The position numbers and the translations under genes were made by a program. From a virus (taxonomy: Duplodnaviria; Caudoviricetes), in the IMG/VR virus record IMGVR_UViG_3300037751_000544, positions 1 to 25,354 of that record: 25,354 nucleotides of DNA. One strand, 5' to 3'. Numbering within the stretch: the first letter of the stretch is position 1; each line of letters begins with the position of its first letter. Below are positions 6,700 through 15,641 of the stretch, in pieces. A model generated the notes under the pieces. The model was not told where the DNA came from. It saw only the letters and a program-made list of their open reading frames with translations, and did no database searches.

Positions 6700-7532
6700 G
6701 CATATCAAAAGGGATATACTCGAAGGCGGAGCTTCGGCCGAGCCCAAACAAGGGTGGGCAGATCACTCCGGATACAATCATCGTCCATGATACAGCCGGT
6801 GCGCTCAACACAATGGGCAGCGTAGCGTGGCTGTGCAATCCGCAGAGCAAGGCATCCGCCCATTTCGTCATCGGCCGCGACGGCAAGATCTTTCAGCTGG
6901 TCTCCTGCAACGTGAAAGCATGGCACGCAGGGGTAAGTAAACTCGGGGAGCGCAGCAATGTCAATGACTTTTCTATCGGAATTGAGTTCGTTAACCCCGG
7001 GCATCTTGCCCCGTCTGGCACACATGAATCCAGAGCTAGCTTTGGAGGTATCTTCGACAATAAGCAATATCGCATCGAAGCACGCCCGGCCTCGCCCTCT
7101 CACCCCGCAGGAAACTGGATGCCTTATACGGAGGCTCAGCTTGATGCCGGCCTCGCCCTCTGCCTATCTATTCGAGATACTTATGCCATCGGACATCTCG
7201 AACCACACTGGTTCATATCCCCAGGGAGGAAGATAGATACCAATCCGCTCTTCCCTCTTGTGCGCTTCCAGGGTCGGATGGTCGGTAGAGAAGATACACA
7301 GACTTGGGGATTGCTCGCAAAAGATGCCCTTGTTCGTCGCTGGCCGACATTCTTCGACAGCAACAACATCTTCGACCATCCCGAAAAGGTAGAGATCCTC
7401 GGAAAGGAGCTACATGACATCCAGGGTACAGATATACCCACGGCTCTTTTCGGTCGGCGCCTTGAATGGACGCGTATAAAGTTTGGAGAAACGGTCGCAT
7501 TCGTCGACCCCAAAGACATAGTGGAGATCTAA
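6696..7532 (+). CDS. endolysin, N-acetylmuramoyl-L-alanine amidase (Amidase_2/AmpD-like) with C-terminal extension
   Basis: IIVHDTAG, ASAHFVIGRDG, AWHAG, SIGIE and H..SPGRKID Zn-amidase motifs. Confidence 0.93.
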   Translation: MSISKGIYSKAELRPSPNKGGQITPDTIIVHDTAGALNTMGSVAWLCNPQSKASAHFVIGRDGKIFQLVSCNVKAWHAGVSKLGERSNVNDFSIGIEFVNPGHLAPSGTHESRASFGGIFDNKQYRIEARPASPSHPAGNWMPYTEAQLDAGLALCLSIRDTYAIGHLEPHWFISPGRKIDTNPLFPLVRFQGRMVGREDTQTWGLLAKDALVRRWPTFFDSNNIFDHPEKVEILGKELHDIQGTDIPTALFGRRLEWTRIKFGETVAFVDPKDIVEI

Positions 7533-7533
7533 A

Positions 7534-7833
7534 ATGGTAGTTCAGATTGGGAAACCTCGTAAAGAACTGGAGATGGATAGGATGGAGAGAGAAGCACCGG
7601 GAACACCGGAAGTGCCTGTGGCAGAGCTAGTCGCAGAGGTGCAGCAGCCAGCACAGATGCAACAGCCGTCGGCCTTTATTGACTACTTCGTCCTCGCAGC
7701 GATGCATTACAGTATCCTCGCAACAACTCAGGGGCATTGCGGGACATTTGCAGAACTCCCCGCAGCGCAGCAGAAAGGCCTCGCGGATTTTGTCCGCATG
7801 TGCATCATCCAAGCAGGGCGTAAACCGAAGTAA
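7534..7833 (+). CDS. hypothetical protein, 99 aa
   Basis: GGAG RBS; follows the endolysin directly. Confidence 0.75.
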   Translation: MVVQIGKPRKELEMDRMEREAPGTPEVPVAELVAEVQQPAQMQQPSAFIDYFVLAAMHYSILATTQGHCGTFAELPAAQQKGLADFVRMCIIQAGRKPK

Positions 7834-7876
7834 ACCACGCGTAAGCCACCGGGCGACGAAGGGCGCGAATGCGCCC
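7818..7876 (+). repeat. motif B locus 5: GCGTAAACCGAAGTAAACCAC-GCGTAAGCCAC, followed by hairpin GGGCGC-GAAT-GCGCCC
   Basis: 21-bp identity with the reverse complement of 2393-2413. Confidence 0.85.
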
Positions 7877-7926
7877 GTAGCGCCTGCCCCTCTGGGGCGG
7901 CACGCAACACACGAAGGAGACTACGA

Positions 7927-8232
7927 ATGAAATGGATCGACAAAATCTTCGGCCCGGAGATGGAGGGCAAAAAGACAGAATATCTAGCCCTTGCTACAAG
8001 TCTTGTCGGCGCGATCATAGTCGGGCTAAACGTGTTCGCCGGGATCGAGCTGGGTCCGGATCTGATCGACATCATCACGAATGTTGTCGCAATCGGCTTT
8101 GCCCTTACCCTTGGCGCGCGGATGACCCGGACGGATAATACAGCCAACCGCATTGAGATGAATCAGCCAGATGGGCCTGTGCAGCCGGTACAGCCTGCTC
8201 AACCAGTAGCCACTGAAGGAGACACAGCATGA
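7927..8232 (+). CDS. putative holin (two TM segments)
   Basis: GKKT followed by two hydrophobic helices and a polar tail; GAAGGAG RBS; between endolysin and spanins. Confidence 0.7.
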   Translation: MKWIDKIFGPEMEGKKTEYLALATSLVGAIIVGLNVFAGIELGPDLIDIITNVVAIGFALTLGARMTRTDNTANRIEMNQPDGPVQPVQPAQPVATEGDTA

Positions 8233-8552
8233 TTATTACACCTACCATTGGACGCGTTGTGTGGTTTACGCCTGTTGCCAATGACGCATATGTGAAGAAC
8301 TACGGGGATCAGCCGATGGCTGCACTCGTCACATATGTGTTTTCCGACCGCATGGTTAACCTTGTAGTCTTCGACCACGAGGGCAATGCGAGGCCGCATA
8401 CTTCCGTAGATCTTGTACAAGAGGGTGACCCTAAACCGGAAGAGCGTTATGCTGAATGGATGCCTTACCAAGTTGGGCAGGCTAAAAAGCATGCTGTGGA
8501 GGTGCCCGCAGAGCTGCCGAACTTCCGCGAGGAGGGTACCGATGGCGTATAG
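8229..8552 (+). CDS. conserved phage hypothetical protein (PTIGRVVWF...AALVTYV...VNLVVFD...WMPYQ), SH3-like beta pattern
   Basis: Familiar phage motif set; GAAGGAG RBS; ATGA overlap. Confidence 0.85.
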   Translation: MIITPTIGRVVWFTPVANDAYVKNYGDQPMAALVTYVFSDRMVNLVVFDHEGNARPHTSVDLVQEGDPKPEERYAEWMPYQVGQAKKHAVEVPAELPNFREEGTDGV

Positions 8553-8877
8553 TGTGCGGGCGAGCTTCACCGTCGACGGACCGTGGCAGCGGGAGACTGA
8601 GTTCCCCCGGGTGTGTGGTCAGCGGACGTTGAACAAGATGCAGATGGAGAAAGCGAGTGGTCCGGTTGAACTTAAGCTGAAGACTCTGACTGCTATGCTT
8701 CTTGGAGAGCTACATGGATTGCAGGAACAAATTGGTCGAAGCGGCGAAGCCTATACAGAGCTTCAGCTGGCATACGACTTAACCTACAGTGCGTACCTTC
8801 ATGCGATGTCAGCGTTAAGCCGCACGCAACCTGAGCAGGAACAGCAGAATGCTGAAGCTCTTCCTATCTCTGCTTAG
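8542..8877 (+). CDS. hypothetical protein with C-terminal helical hairpin, 111 aa (start re-called at MAYSVR)
   Basis: GGAGG RBS before the ATG at 8542. Confidence 0.7.
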   Translation: MAYSVRASFTVDGPWQRETEFPRVCGQRTLNKMQMEKASGPVELKLKTLTAMLLGELHGLQEQIGRSGEAYTELQLAYDLTYSAYLHAMSALSRTQPEQEQQNAEALPISA

Positions 8878-9073
8878 CATCCTCGTCCAAGTGATAGCCC
8901 TTTACCAGAGGAACAGCTGGATCAATGAGGGCTATCGCAGGGCGCTGGCAGAGCAGGTGGCACAGATCAACGCGTCGCTGGTGCACGCGCTTCAGATTGA
9001 GAAGGAATGGGATGAGCTCACAGATGAACAAGTGCGGAAGCGCTTCGAGGAGCGGGGATGGTTTGCAGATTGA
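8849..9073 (+). CDS. i-spanin (Rz-like)
   Basis: N-terminal TM anchor plus periplasmic coiled coil; 3' end overlaps a lipoprotein gene. Confidence 0.75.
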   Translation: MLKLFLSLLSILVQVIALYQRNSWINEGYRRALAEQVAQINASLVHALQIEKEWDELTDEQVRKRFEERGWFAD

Positions 9074-9318
9074 AAGCTACGAGGAACAGGTGTGGGCTTT
9101 GGATCTATATCCGAAACACACAGCTGGTGGTCCTGTTTTCCCTGAAAGTCCTGTTAGTCGGCTGCTCCAGCAGCCCATCGGTGTCGGTAAACTCTTTCTG
9201 TTCCCTTACCGCAAGCACGCTGCCGCATCGGGCATCCCGACAGAGTGCTGTAAATGATCTTCGTTTCATCGGCAAGATGAACACGATACATGAGAAGGAA
9301 TGCAAAAGTGGTAAATGA
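9058..9318 (+). CDS. o-spanin lipoprotein (Rz1-like)
   Basis: Lipobox LLVG-C then SSSPS; two more Cys (SFC, KECK); overlaps the i-spanin end; GAGGAG upstream. Confidence 0.7.
   Translation: MVCRLKATRNRCGLWIYIRNTQLVVLFSLKVLLVGCSSSPSVSVNSFCSLTASTLPHRASRQSAVNDLRFIGKMNTIHEKECKSGK
9091..9122 (+). promoter_or_regulatory. motif A copy 3 (TGTGGGCTTTGGAT-CTAT-ATCCGAAACACACA)
   Basis: Aligns ungapped with the other copies; lies inside the o-spanin ORF. Confidence 0.75.
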
Positions 9319-9331
9319 CAACACGTGGAAT

Positions 9332-9508
9332 ATGAAACAAGCCGCTGTCCTCATGGGGCAGAAGGAAGCAGCGCGGCGTGCAGAAGAGTTACAAGGGGCT
9401 ATACGGCAAGCTGAACTCGACTTCACACAGGAGCACTTAGAGAAAGGTATGAACAAGCCAGCAGCGCAATCTCTTCGGATAGGCAAGAATGTTAATCCAA
9501 CCGGCTAA
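9332..9508 (+). CDS. hypothetical protein, about 58 aa
   Basis: Fills the gap between o-spanin and TerL; start uncertain (9290 or 9332). Confidence 0.5.
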   Translation: MKQAAVLMGQKEAARRAEELQGAIRQAELDFTQEHLEKGMNKPAAQSLRIGKNVNPTG

Positions 9509-11021
9509 GCAGCAGATACTTCGTCCGGAAGATTTAACTCTCCCTCGGCTAGTTGAGCTTGGAGCGGCAGATCCCTTGCTCTTTAACAGAACGTTCTTTC
9601 CGAACACTTTCCGTCAAGCGTTTCCAGTCTTCGCCGACGACATGTGGAACATCCTGGAAAGTAAGCAGAGCAGGTTCATCAACTTCCAGCTCTTTCGGGG
9701 AAGCAGCAAGACCACCACGACGCGCAGCTTTATGGCAAGGCGCATATCCTACGGCATCTCCCGCACCATCCTGCTCATCTGCGCGAGCAGCGCAAAGGCT
9801 GAGATGACCCTTGCATGGCTGAAGCGTCAGGTCGAAACAAACTATACATGGGCGAACACCTTCCGGCTCGTTCCAGGGGATAAATGGACAGATGTCATCA
9901 TCGAGCTCCGACACAACATCTATAATTACAGCGTATGGGTTGTAGCCTTCGGCCTCACCGGGAAGCACCGTGGTATCAACCTCGACGACTACAGGCCGGA
10001 TCTCATTATCGTAGATGACATCATTGACGAAGAAATTGCAGCCAGCGATGAGCAGAGGCAGAAGGCAGAAGACTTAGTCCTCGGGTCGCTGAAAGACAGT
10101 CTGATTTCCCGTATTGAGAACCCCGACGCAAAGCTGGTTCTTCTCCAGACTCCGTTCCATCCAGACGACCTAAGCATGAAAGCCTTTAAGTCCCGCCAGT
10201 GGATATCCTACCGGCAGGGCTGCTGGACGAAAGATACAGAAGATCTTCCCCTCGACAGACGCATTAGCGTCTGGGAAGAAATGTTCCCCACAGCTGATCT
10301 CCGTGAGGAACGCCTCGATGCTGTAGCAGACAATAAGGTGTCCCTCTTCTCTCGAGAGAAAGAATGCAAGATTGTCGCGCCGGAAACAGCGACCTTCCGT
10401 CGGGAGTGGCTGCGCTTCTATACAGACGACGATCTTCCCGAGAACTACATAGGGATGCAAAAGATCCTCGCAGTTGATCCGGTGCCGCCGCCTACAGAGA
10501 TCGACCCGAGAAAGATGTCTGTGAAGAAGAAGGACTTTGAATGCCATCTCGTCCTCGCCTACTGGAAGGGCAACTACTACGTGCTGGACTATCGCATCGA
10601 GCGCGGGCATACGCCTGAGTGGACGATAATGACATTCTTCAACCTGCTCATCTTATACAGGGTGCCAAGAACAGTCATCGAAGCCGTGGCATATCAGGCG
10701 ACCCTGATGTGGCTGCTTGCGAAAGCTATGGAGCAGCAGAAGCGTTATGCGGTCATCGAGCCCTTTAGAGACAAGCGCAGGAAGCCTCTTCGCATCGCAG
10801 ATGAGATCTCTGGCATAGCCTCGCATGGTCGCCTGTATGTCAAGGAGTCTATGCATGAACTCATTACGCAGTTCACCGACTATCCTAACGTCGATCACGA
10901 CGACATCCTCGATGCGCTGGCGATGGCGCTGATGCGCCTTACGCTGATCGATCTTGGAGAGGATGACTTCCAAGAATTTCCTGGGGATAAACCGATTGAG
11001 TATAAAAGGGGGGCACCATGA
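9489..11021 (+). CDS. terL: terminase large subunit
   Basis: Walker A FRGSSKTT, Walker B LIIVDD, coupling motif LQT, RNase H-like ILAVDP and HDDILDA. Confidence 0.95.
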   Translation: MLIQPAKQQILRPEDLTLPRLVELGAADPLLFNRTFFPNTFRQAFPVFADDMWNILESKQSRFINFQLFRGSSKTTTTRSFMARRISYGISRTILLICASSAKAEMTLAWLKRQVETNYTWANTFRLVPGDKWTDVIIELRHNIYNYSVWVVAFGLTGKHRGINLDDYRPDLIIVDDIIDEEIAASDEQRQKAEDLVLGSLKDSLISRIENPDAKLVLLQTPFHPDDLSMKAFKSRQWISYRQGCWTKDTEDLPLDRRISVWEEMFPTADLREERLDAVADNKVSLFSREKECKIVAPETATFRREWLRFYTDDDLPENYIGMQKILAVDPVPPPTEIDPRKMSVKKKDFECHLVLAYWKGNYYVLDYRIERGHTPEWTIMTFFNLLILYRVPRTVIEAVAYQATLMWLLAKAMEQQKRYAVIEPFRDKRRKPLRIADEISGIASHGRLYVKESMHELITQFTDYPNVDHDDILDALAMALMRLTLIDLGEDDFQEFPGDKPIEYKRGAP

Positions 11022-11206
11022 GGGATGGGTGTGGGTTTTGGCCGGCCATAGCGGCCCGTACACGGCCTGTGGCAAAACAGGCACAGGTGTGGGTAAAAGC
11101 GGCCTTCGCCGGCCCTGGGCAAACGTCGGGCGACTGGTGCGATTCTAGGGGCAATTTAGCCGCCCGCCGCGCGGCGCATGCAGCACAATTGAAAGAGGTC
11201 CGCTAA
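11018..11206 (+). CDS. possible 62-aa ORF bridging terL and portal
   Basis: ATGA overlap with the terL stop and TAATG overlap with the portal start; sequence is not protein-like. Confidence 0.4.
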   Translation: MRDGCGFWPAIAARTRPVAKQAQVWVKAAFAGPGQTSGDWCDSRGNLAARRAAHAAQLKEVR

Positions 11207-13161
11207 TGCCAAGCCTAACACGTAAAGACATAAAGAAGGGCTCGCCCCTTCACGCGACGATCCTATCCGAGGTCCGCCGCAGGGTAATGCACGCAGAGCG
11301 TGAGTGGGATAAGCGTAGGGATGAGTGGCGCAGGGCAGACGAGTCCATGGTTGCCTACGTCCCTGAGAGCGAGGCTGACGCACGCCGGGACAACAAGCGC
11401 TACAACGCAGGCGTGCCCGTGTATACGACCATCAAAGTCCCCTATAGCTACGGCATCGCGATGGCCCTCCATAGCTACCTGTGCAGTGTGTTTCTTTCCC
11501 GCAGCCCGGTGTTCCAATTTGAAGGGCTAAACGGGCAGGGGCAGAATCAGGTTATGGCTCTCGAAGCCCTCCACCACTACCAATACCGAGTTGGTGGAAT
11601 GGGCAGCGTGCTGTTCTGCTATCTATATGACCTTGTAAAATACGGTACCTCTGTCAGCGGGATAAATTGGGCGAATAACATCCGGTACATCACAACGCTG
11701 AAGCCTGAGATGGACGAAACAGGTAACATAACCTCATACGAACAGGCTGTATCCCCCATGCAGGGCTACCAGGGGAACGAGCTGTTCAACATGAGCTTGT
11801 TCGATTTCCTCCCCGATCCCCGCTTCAGCATAAAGCACTACCAGCGTGGGGAGTATTGCGCAGCTCGTTGGCGCCTATCTTGGCAGCAGGTGAAGGAACG
11901 GGAGCTCCTTGGGTACTACACTAACCTCGAGGACATCGATCCACGTATCGCAGCGAACTTCCAGACAGACAACGACAGGGACAGGGAAAGCAGGGCCATC
12001 CCACGCCCGTCAGAACACCACTACGAGATCGACCTGACCTTCGCAGCACGGGATAGCAAGCGGCGTCCTGAAGTTGTCCCCGTGTACGAGTGTTACATTA
12101 ACCTCATCCCGAAGGATTGGAACCTCGGTAACAGCGACTATCCCACGAAGTGGGTCTTCACCGTCACGGGCGACTGGCGCACAGTCATCGGGGCGACGCC
12201 CTTCAGCGCCATCCATGCAGACTATCCTTTTATGGTCGATGAGATCGAGTTCGACGCCTTCGCCCTCTCGAACAGGGGCATTCCGCAGATTACGAAGGGT
12301 ATCCAGGACACGATGGACTGGCAGCTCAACAGCCACATGTACAACGTACGGGCTGCGTTGAATAACCTCTTCGTCGTCGACCCGTCGCGGGTGAATCTGA
12401 AAGACATAACCGATCCGCTACCCGGTGGCATCATTCGCCTCCGTGGCCTACCTATCCCAGGTGCGGATGACCCTGTGAAGCAGCTTGTCATCCAAGACCT
12501 AACACGCGGGCATATAACTGACATGGGCCTGATGGACACCCTCGGTGAGCGCGCCACAGGGATTGGCGATATCCTCATGGGATCCATGCCCTCTGGTGGA
12601 CGCAGAACAGCGACAGAATCACGGCAGAGCGCCGCCGCAGGCACCTCGCGCGGGAAGGTCATCTCAGAGTTTGTTGCAGCCAGCGGCTTCCGTCAGCTTG
12701 GCCGCCAGCTCGTTATGAACAACCAGCAATACTTGATAACCCCGCAGCGTGTGCGCATCGTGGGCAACCTTGCGCAGCAGGCAGGACCGGGCTTCCTTGA
12801 GGTCCGTCCGGAGGATATTGCAGGAGAGTACGACTTTAGCATGGTGGACGGTAGTCTTCCCGTCGACCGCTTCGCACAGCTGAACCTCTGGAAGGAACTC
12901 CTCGCTGGAGTCCTAGCCCAGCCGCAGCTTGCTGCACAGTTCGACCTCGCTCGCATCTTCATGTGGATGGCACAGCTAGGCGGGCTGCGCAACGTGGACA
13001 GCTTCCGCCTTCAGCTAGGCAGCCCAGAGCAACTTCAGCAGCAGGCGCTCTCCGGAGAGGTCGTTCCTCTCAATGGCGAAGCCGGAGGGAATCCTGACTA
13101 TGCGCGGCAGATGCCGGGCGTCGGGCCGGTCAACGTAGGGAGTCTCCTCAATGCAGCTTGA
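11206..13161 (+). CDS. portal protein (podovirus type)
   Basis: 651 aa after TerL; DFLPDP, PGGIIR, ERATGI.D...G and RRTATE portal-like motifs. Confidence 0.92.
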   Translation: MPSLTRKDIKKGSPLHATILSEVRRRVMHAEREWDKRRDEWRRADESMVAYVPESEADARRDNKRYNAGVPVYTTIKVPYSYGIAMALHSYLCSVFLSRSPVFQFEGLNGQGQNQVMALEALHHYQYRVGGMGSVLFCYLYDLVKYGTSVSGINWANNIRYITTLKPEMDETGNITSYEQAVSPMQGYQGNELFNMSLFDFLPDPRFSIKHYQRGEYCAARWRLSWQQVKERELLGYYTNLEDIDPRIAANFQTDNDRDRESRAIPRPSEHHYEIDLTFAARDSKRRPEVVPVYECYINLIPKDWNLGNSDYPTKWVFTVTGDWRTVIGATPFSAIHADYPFMVDEIEFDAFALSNRGIPQITKGIQDTMDWQLNSHMYNVRAALNNLFVVDPSRVNLKDITDPLPGGIIRLRGLPIPGADDPVKQLVIQDLTRGHITDMGLMDTLGERATGIGDILMGSMPSGGRRTATESRQSAAAGTSRGKVISEFVAASGFRQLGRQLVMNNQQYLITPQRVRIVGNLAQQAGPGFLEVRPEDIAGEYDFSMVDGSLPVDRFAQLNLWKELLAGVLAQPQLAAQFDLARIFMWMAQLGGLRNVDSFRLQLGSPEQLQQQALSGEVVPLNGEAGGNPDYARQMPGVGPVNVGSLLNAA

Positions 13162-13477
13162 CGATTTGATGAAGCAGCTAAGCACGCAGGCTTCTCCTGC
13201 AGATATTGAGCACCGCAAGACGCTCGTCCGCAATCTACGACGACTTGAAAATGATCCCGCCTGGGTGTACATTTGCAGGGTAATCAAAGACCAAATCACG
13301 CGTCTGCATACGGCTATTGCCACGCAGTCACCTGAGGACATTAAGGGCATTCTTGCCCAGCAAAGAGAAAGAGGAATGGCCGAGGCATATGAGGTCCTTT
13401 CCGCCCTGCCTACAAAACTACAGGAGGATCTCATAATGGACCTGGAGCTAACAGAGGAAGAGGTAAAAGACCTATGA
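13151..13477 (+). CDS. small helical protein between portal and scaffold
   Basis: GGGAG RBS; position typical of podovirus head modules. Confidence 0.8.
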   Translation: MQLDDLMKQLSTQASPADIEHRKTLVRNLRRLENDPAWVYICRVIKDQITRLHTAIATQSPEDIKGILAQQRERGMAEAYEVLSALPTKLQEDLIMDLELTEEEVKDL

Positions 13478-14379
13478 CTATAGATGCACAGAATCAGGGC
13501 GGCGAAGCCCCCGCAGGTGGCATAGATAACGGTAGCGATGGTGGAGATGCCGCAGCGTTCGACGCATTTGTCGACGGCCTAGGCATGGAAGAACCCAGTG
13601 TTGAGGAGGTACAGTCTGCAGTTGACGGAGCTGCAGCGCAGACACCTCCTGTTGTGGGCGGGGTGGATGGTCTCCCTCCTCAACCTGGGGAAACGCCATC
13701 AGTAGTGCAGACACAGACTTCGGGAGTACAGCCTACGGCTGTGCAGCCCGCTCAGTCACAGGAAGTTCAACCTCCAGCCCAGGCCGCACCGGCCTCTGCT
13801 GCTCCTGTGGATTTTGAGACGTTCGTTACGCAAAACATGGACAAGGTGGTTAAGCATTTGGCTGACACCCAGTTCGCGTTAACGGATCAGGAAAAAGAGG
13901 TGATGGGAGACGCAGCTCCTGTCGTTGCAAGCTATATGGCACGCTCGCAGATCAACAACATGCGGGTTATGATGAGTGCGTTGAACAACGCTCTTCCCGC
14001 TGTAGTTGGTCAGTACGTGCAGACGATGGCGCAGGCTAAGATTGCCGAGGATGAGTTCTTCGGTGAGTATCCTGCCCTGAAAGAAGTTGACAGGAATACG
14101 CTGATCCAAATCGGACAGCATCTGAAGAACACCCAGCCCAGCCTTAAGGGGGCTGATTTCCGTAAGACGCTCGCGGCGACAGTCGCAGCCTCACGCGGTA
14201 TCCAGATGCAGCAGGCACCTGCGGCAGCGCAAGCAAAAGCACCTCAGGTGGCTCCGTTCCAAAGTGCAGGAGCGGGAGCGGGTGCTGCCTCAATTGAGCG
14301 TATTCCTGCGCAAGGTGGACAGGCGAAGCCCGTCGATCCTTTGCAGCAACTATTCGATGGTCTTTTAGACGACGATTAA
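13474..14379 (+). CDS. capsid scaffolding protein
   Basis: Acidic, P/Q/A-rich disordered N-terminus and helical core; directly before the major capsid gene. Confidence 0.8.
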   Translation: MTIDAQNQGGEAPAGGIDNGSDGGDAAAFDAFVDGLGMEEPSVEEVQSAVDGAAAQTPPVVGGVDGLPPQPGETPSVVQTQTSGVQPTAVQPAQSQEVQPPAQAAPASAAPVDFETFVTQNMDKVVKHLADTQFALTDQEKEVMGDAAPVVASYMARSQINNMRVMMSALNNALPAVVGQYVQTMAQAKIAEDEFFGEYPALKEVDRNTLIQIGQHLKNTQPSLKGADFRKTLAATVAASRGIQMQQAPAAAQAKAPQVAPFQSAGAGAGAASIERIPAQGGQAKPVDPLQQLFDGLLDDD

Positions 14380-14397
14380 GACCTATAGGGGAATAAA

Positions 14398-15630
14398 ATG
14401 CCAGCAGTAGCAGGCCTCCGGGGAACCGGAGATTTTTCAGAGGACGAACGTCCAAAGAATTTCAGGGAAACGATTCTGTTTCGCAACCCAACGGGTAGCG
14501 CGCCGATCTTTGCTCTGACGTCAAAGGCGCGTAAGCGCAGCACAGACGATCCAGAATATGCATGGTGGGATGAGCCGAATGGCAATGTTCGCCTGCAGAT
14601 CGCTGGAACGTTTGCAGCAGGTGACACCCTCCTAACGGTGGACTCCGCAGATCCGTCGGCATCCAGCCCGACGCTTCAGTGGGGTACAGCGCTTCACCTT
14701 AAAGCAGGCGATCTGCTTCAGGTGGAGAAAACAGAGGCCACTGCGTATGATAACGAGTTCGTCGAGGTGACCGCGGTTATCTCAGCGACGCAGTTCATGG
14801 TACGCAGAGGGGCAGCAGGGTCAACCGCAGCAAGCATCAGCAATGATACGTTCCTAACCCTCATGGGCAGTGCGTATGCTGAAGGCACGGCAGCTCCGGC
14901 AGCAGTCTCGCGTAACCCGATCAAGTACTTCAACTACACGCAGATCTTCAAGGACACCTACGAACTGTCTCGTACGGCGGACAAGACTAACTACCGTACC
15001 GGCAGCGCGATGTCTAATGATAAGCGGCGTAAGACTTGGGACCATAGCCGGGCGATTGAATGGGCAATGCTCTTCGGCCGGCGGCATGAGACCACGGGGG
15101 AGAACGGCAAGCCGAAGCGCTTCATGGGTGGGTTGCGTGAGTTTATCCCCTCTGTGCGGACGACTGTGTTCAGTACCGCTGTCACAGTGACTACCTTCCT
15201 CGACGCTGTGTATCCTGCGTTTGACTTTGAAACTGGGGCCGGCGACGTGCGTATGTGCTGGTGTGGTAACGGTGCGCTGAATAACCTGAACAAGGTCATC
15301 CAGGCGGACGCTAACACGGACATCCAGTACAATGGTGTCTTCAAGCAGTATGGCATGGACTTCCAGGAGTTCATCCTTCCGCAGGGACGCCTTATGCTTC
15401 GCACCCATCCGCTGATGAACCAGCACGGACGGTATACGAACAGCATGTTCGGCCTCGACTTTGACTCCATCCGGTATGTTGCCCTCCGGGACAGCGATAC
15501 CAAAATCATGGATGATGTTCAGGCGAAGGACGAAGACGTACGTCGGGGCTTCTACCAGACGGAATGTGGGCTTCAGGTTGACCGTGGTGGTACCACCATG
15601 TTCTACCTCGGCAACATTCTAGCATCGTAA
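14398..15630 (+). CDS. major capsid protein (HK97 fold, DUF5309/SU10-type)
   Basis: AP..AL, WWDE, NYTQIFK, IEWAMLFG, RFMGGLREFI and TECGLQV motifs; 410 aa. Confidence 0.92.
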   Translation: MPAVAGLRGTGDFSEDERPKNFRETILFRNPTGSAPIFALTSKARKRSTDDPEYAWWDEPNGNVRLQIAGTFAAGDTLLTVDSADPSASSPTLQWGTALHLKAGDLLQVEKTEATAYDNEFVEVTAVISATQFMVRRGAAGSTAASISNDTFLTLMGSAYAEGTAAPAAVSRNPIKYFNYTQIFKDTYELSRTADKTNYRTGSAMSNDKRRKTWDHSRAIEWAMLFGRRHETTGENGKPKRFMGGLREFIPSVRTTVFSTAVTVTTFLDAVYPAFDFETGAGDVRMCWCGNGALNNLNKVIQADANTDIQYNGVFKQYGMDFQEFILPQGRLMLRTHPLMNQHGRYTNSMFGLDFDSIRYVALRDSDTKIMDDVQAKDEDVRRGFYQTECGLQVDRGGTTMFYLGNILAS

Positions 15631-15641
15631 GGAGAAACAAA

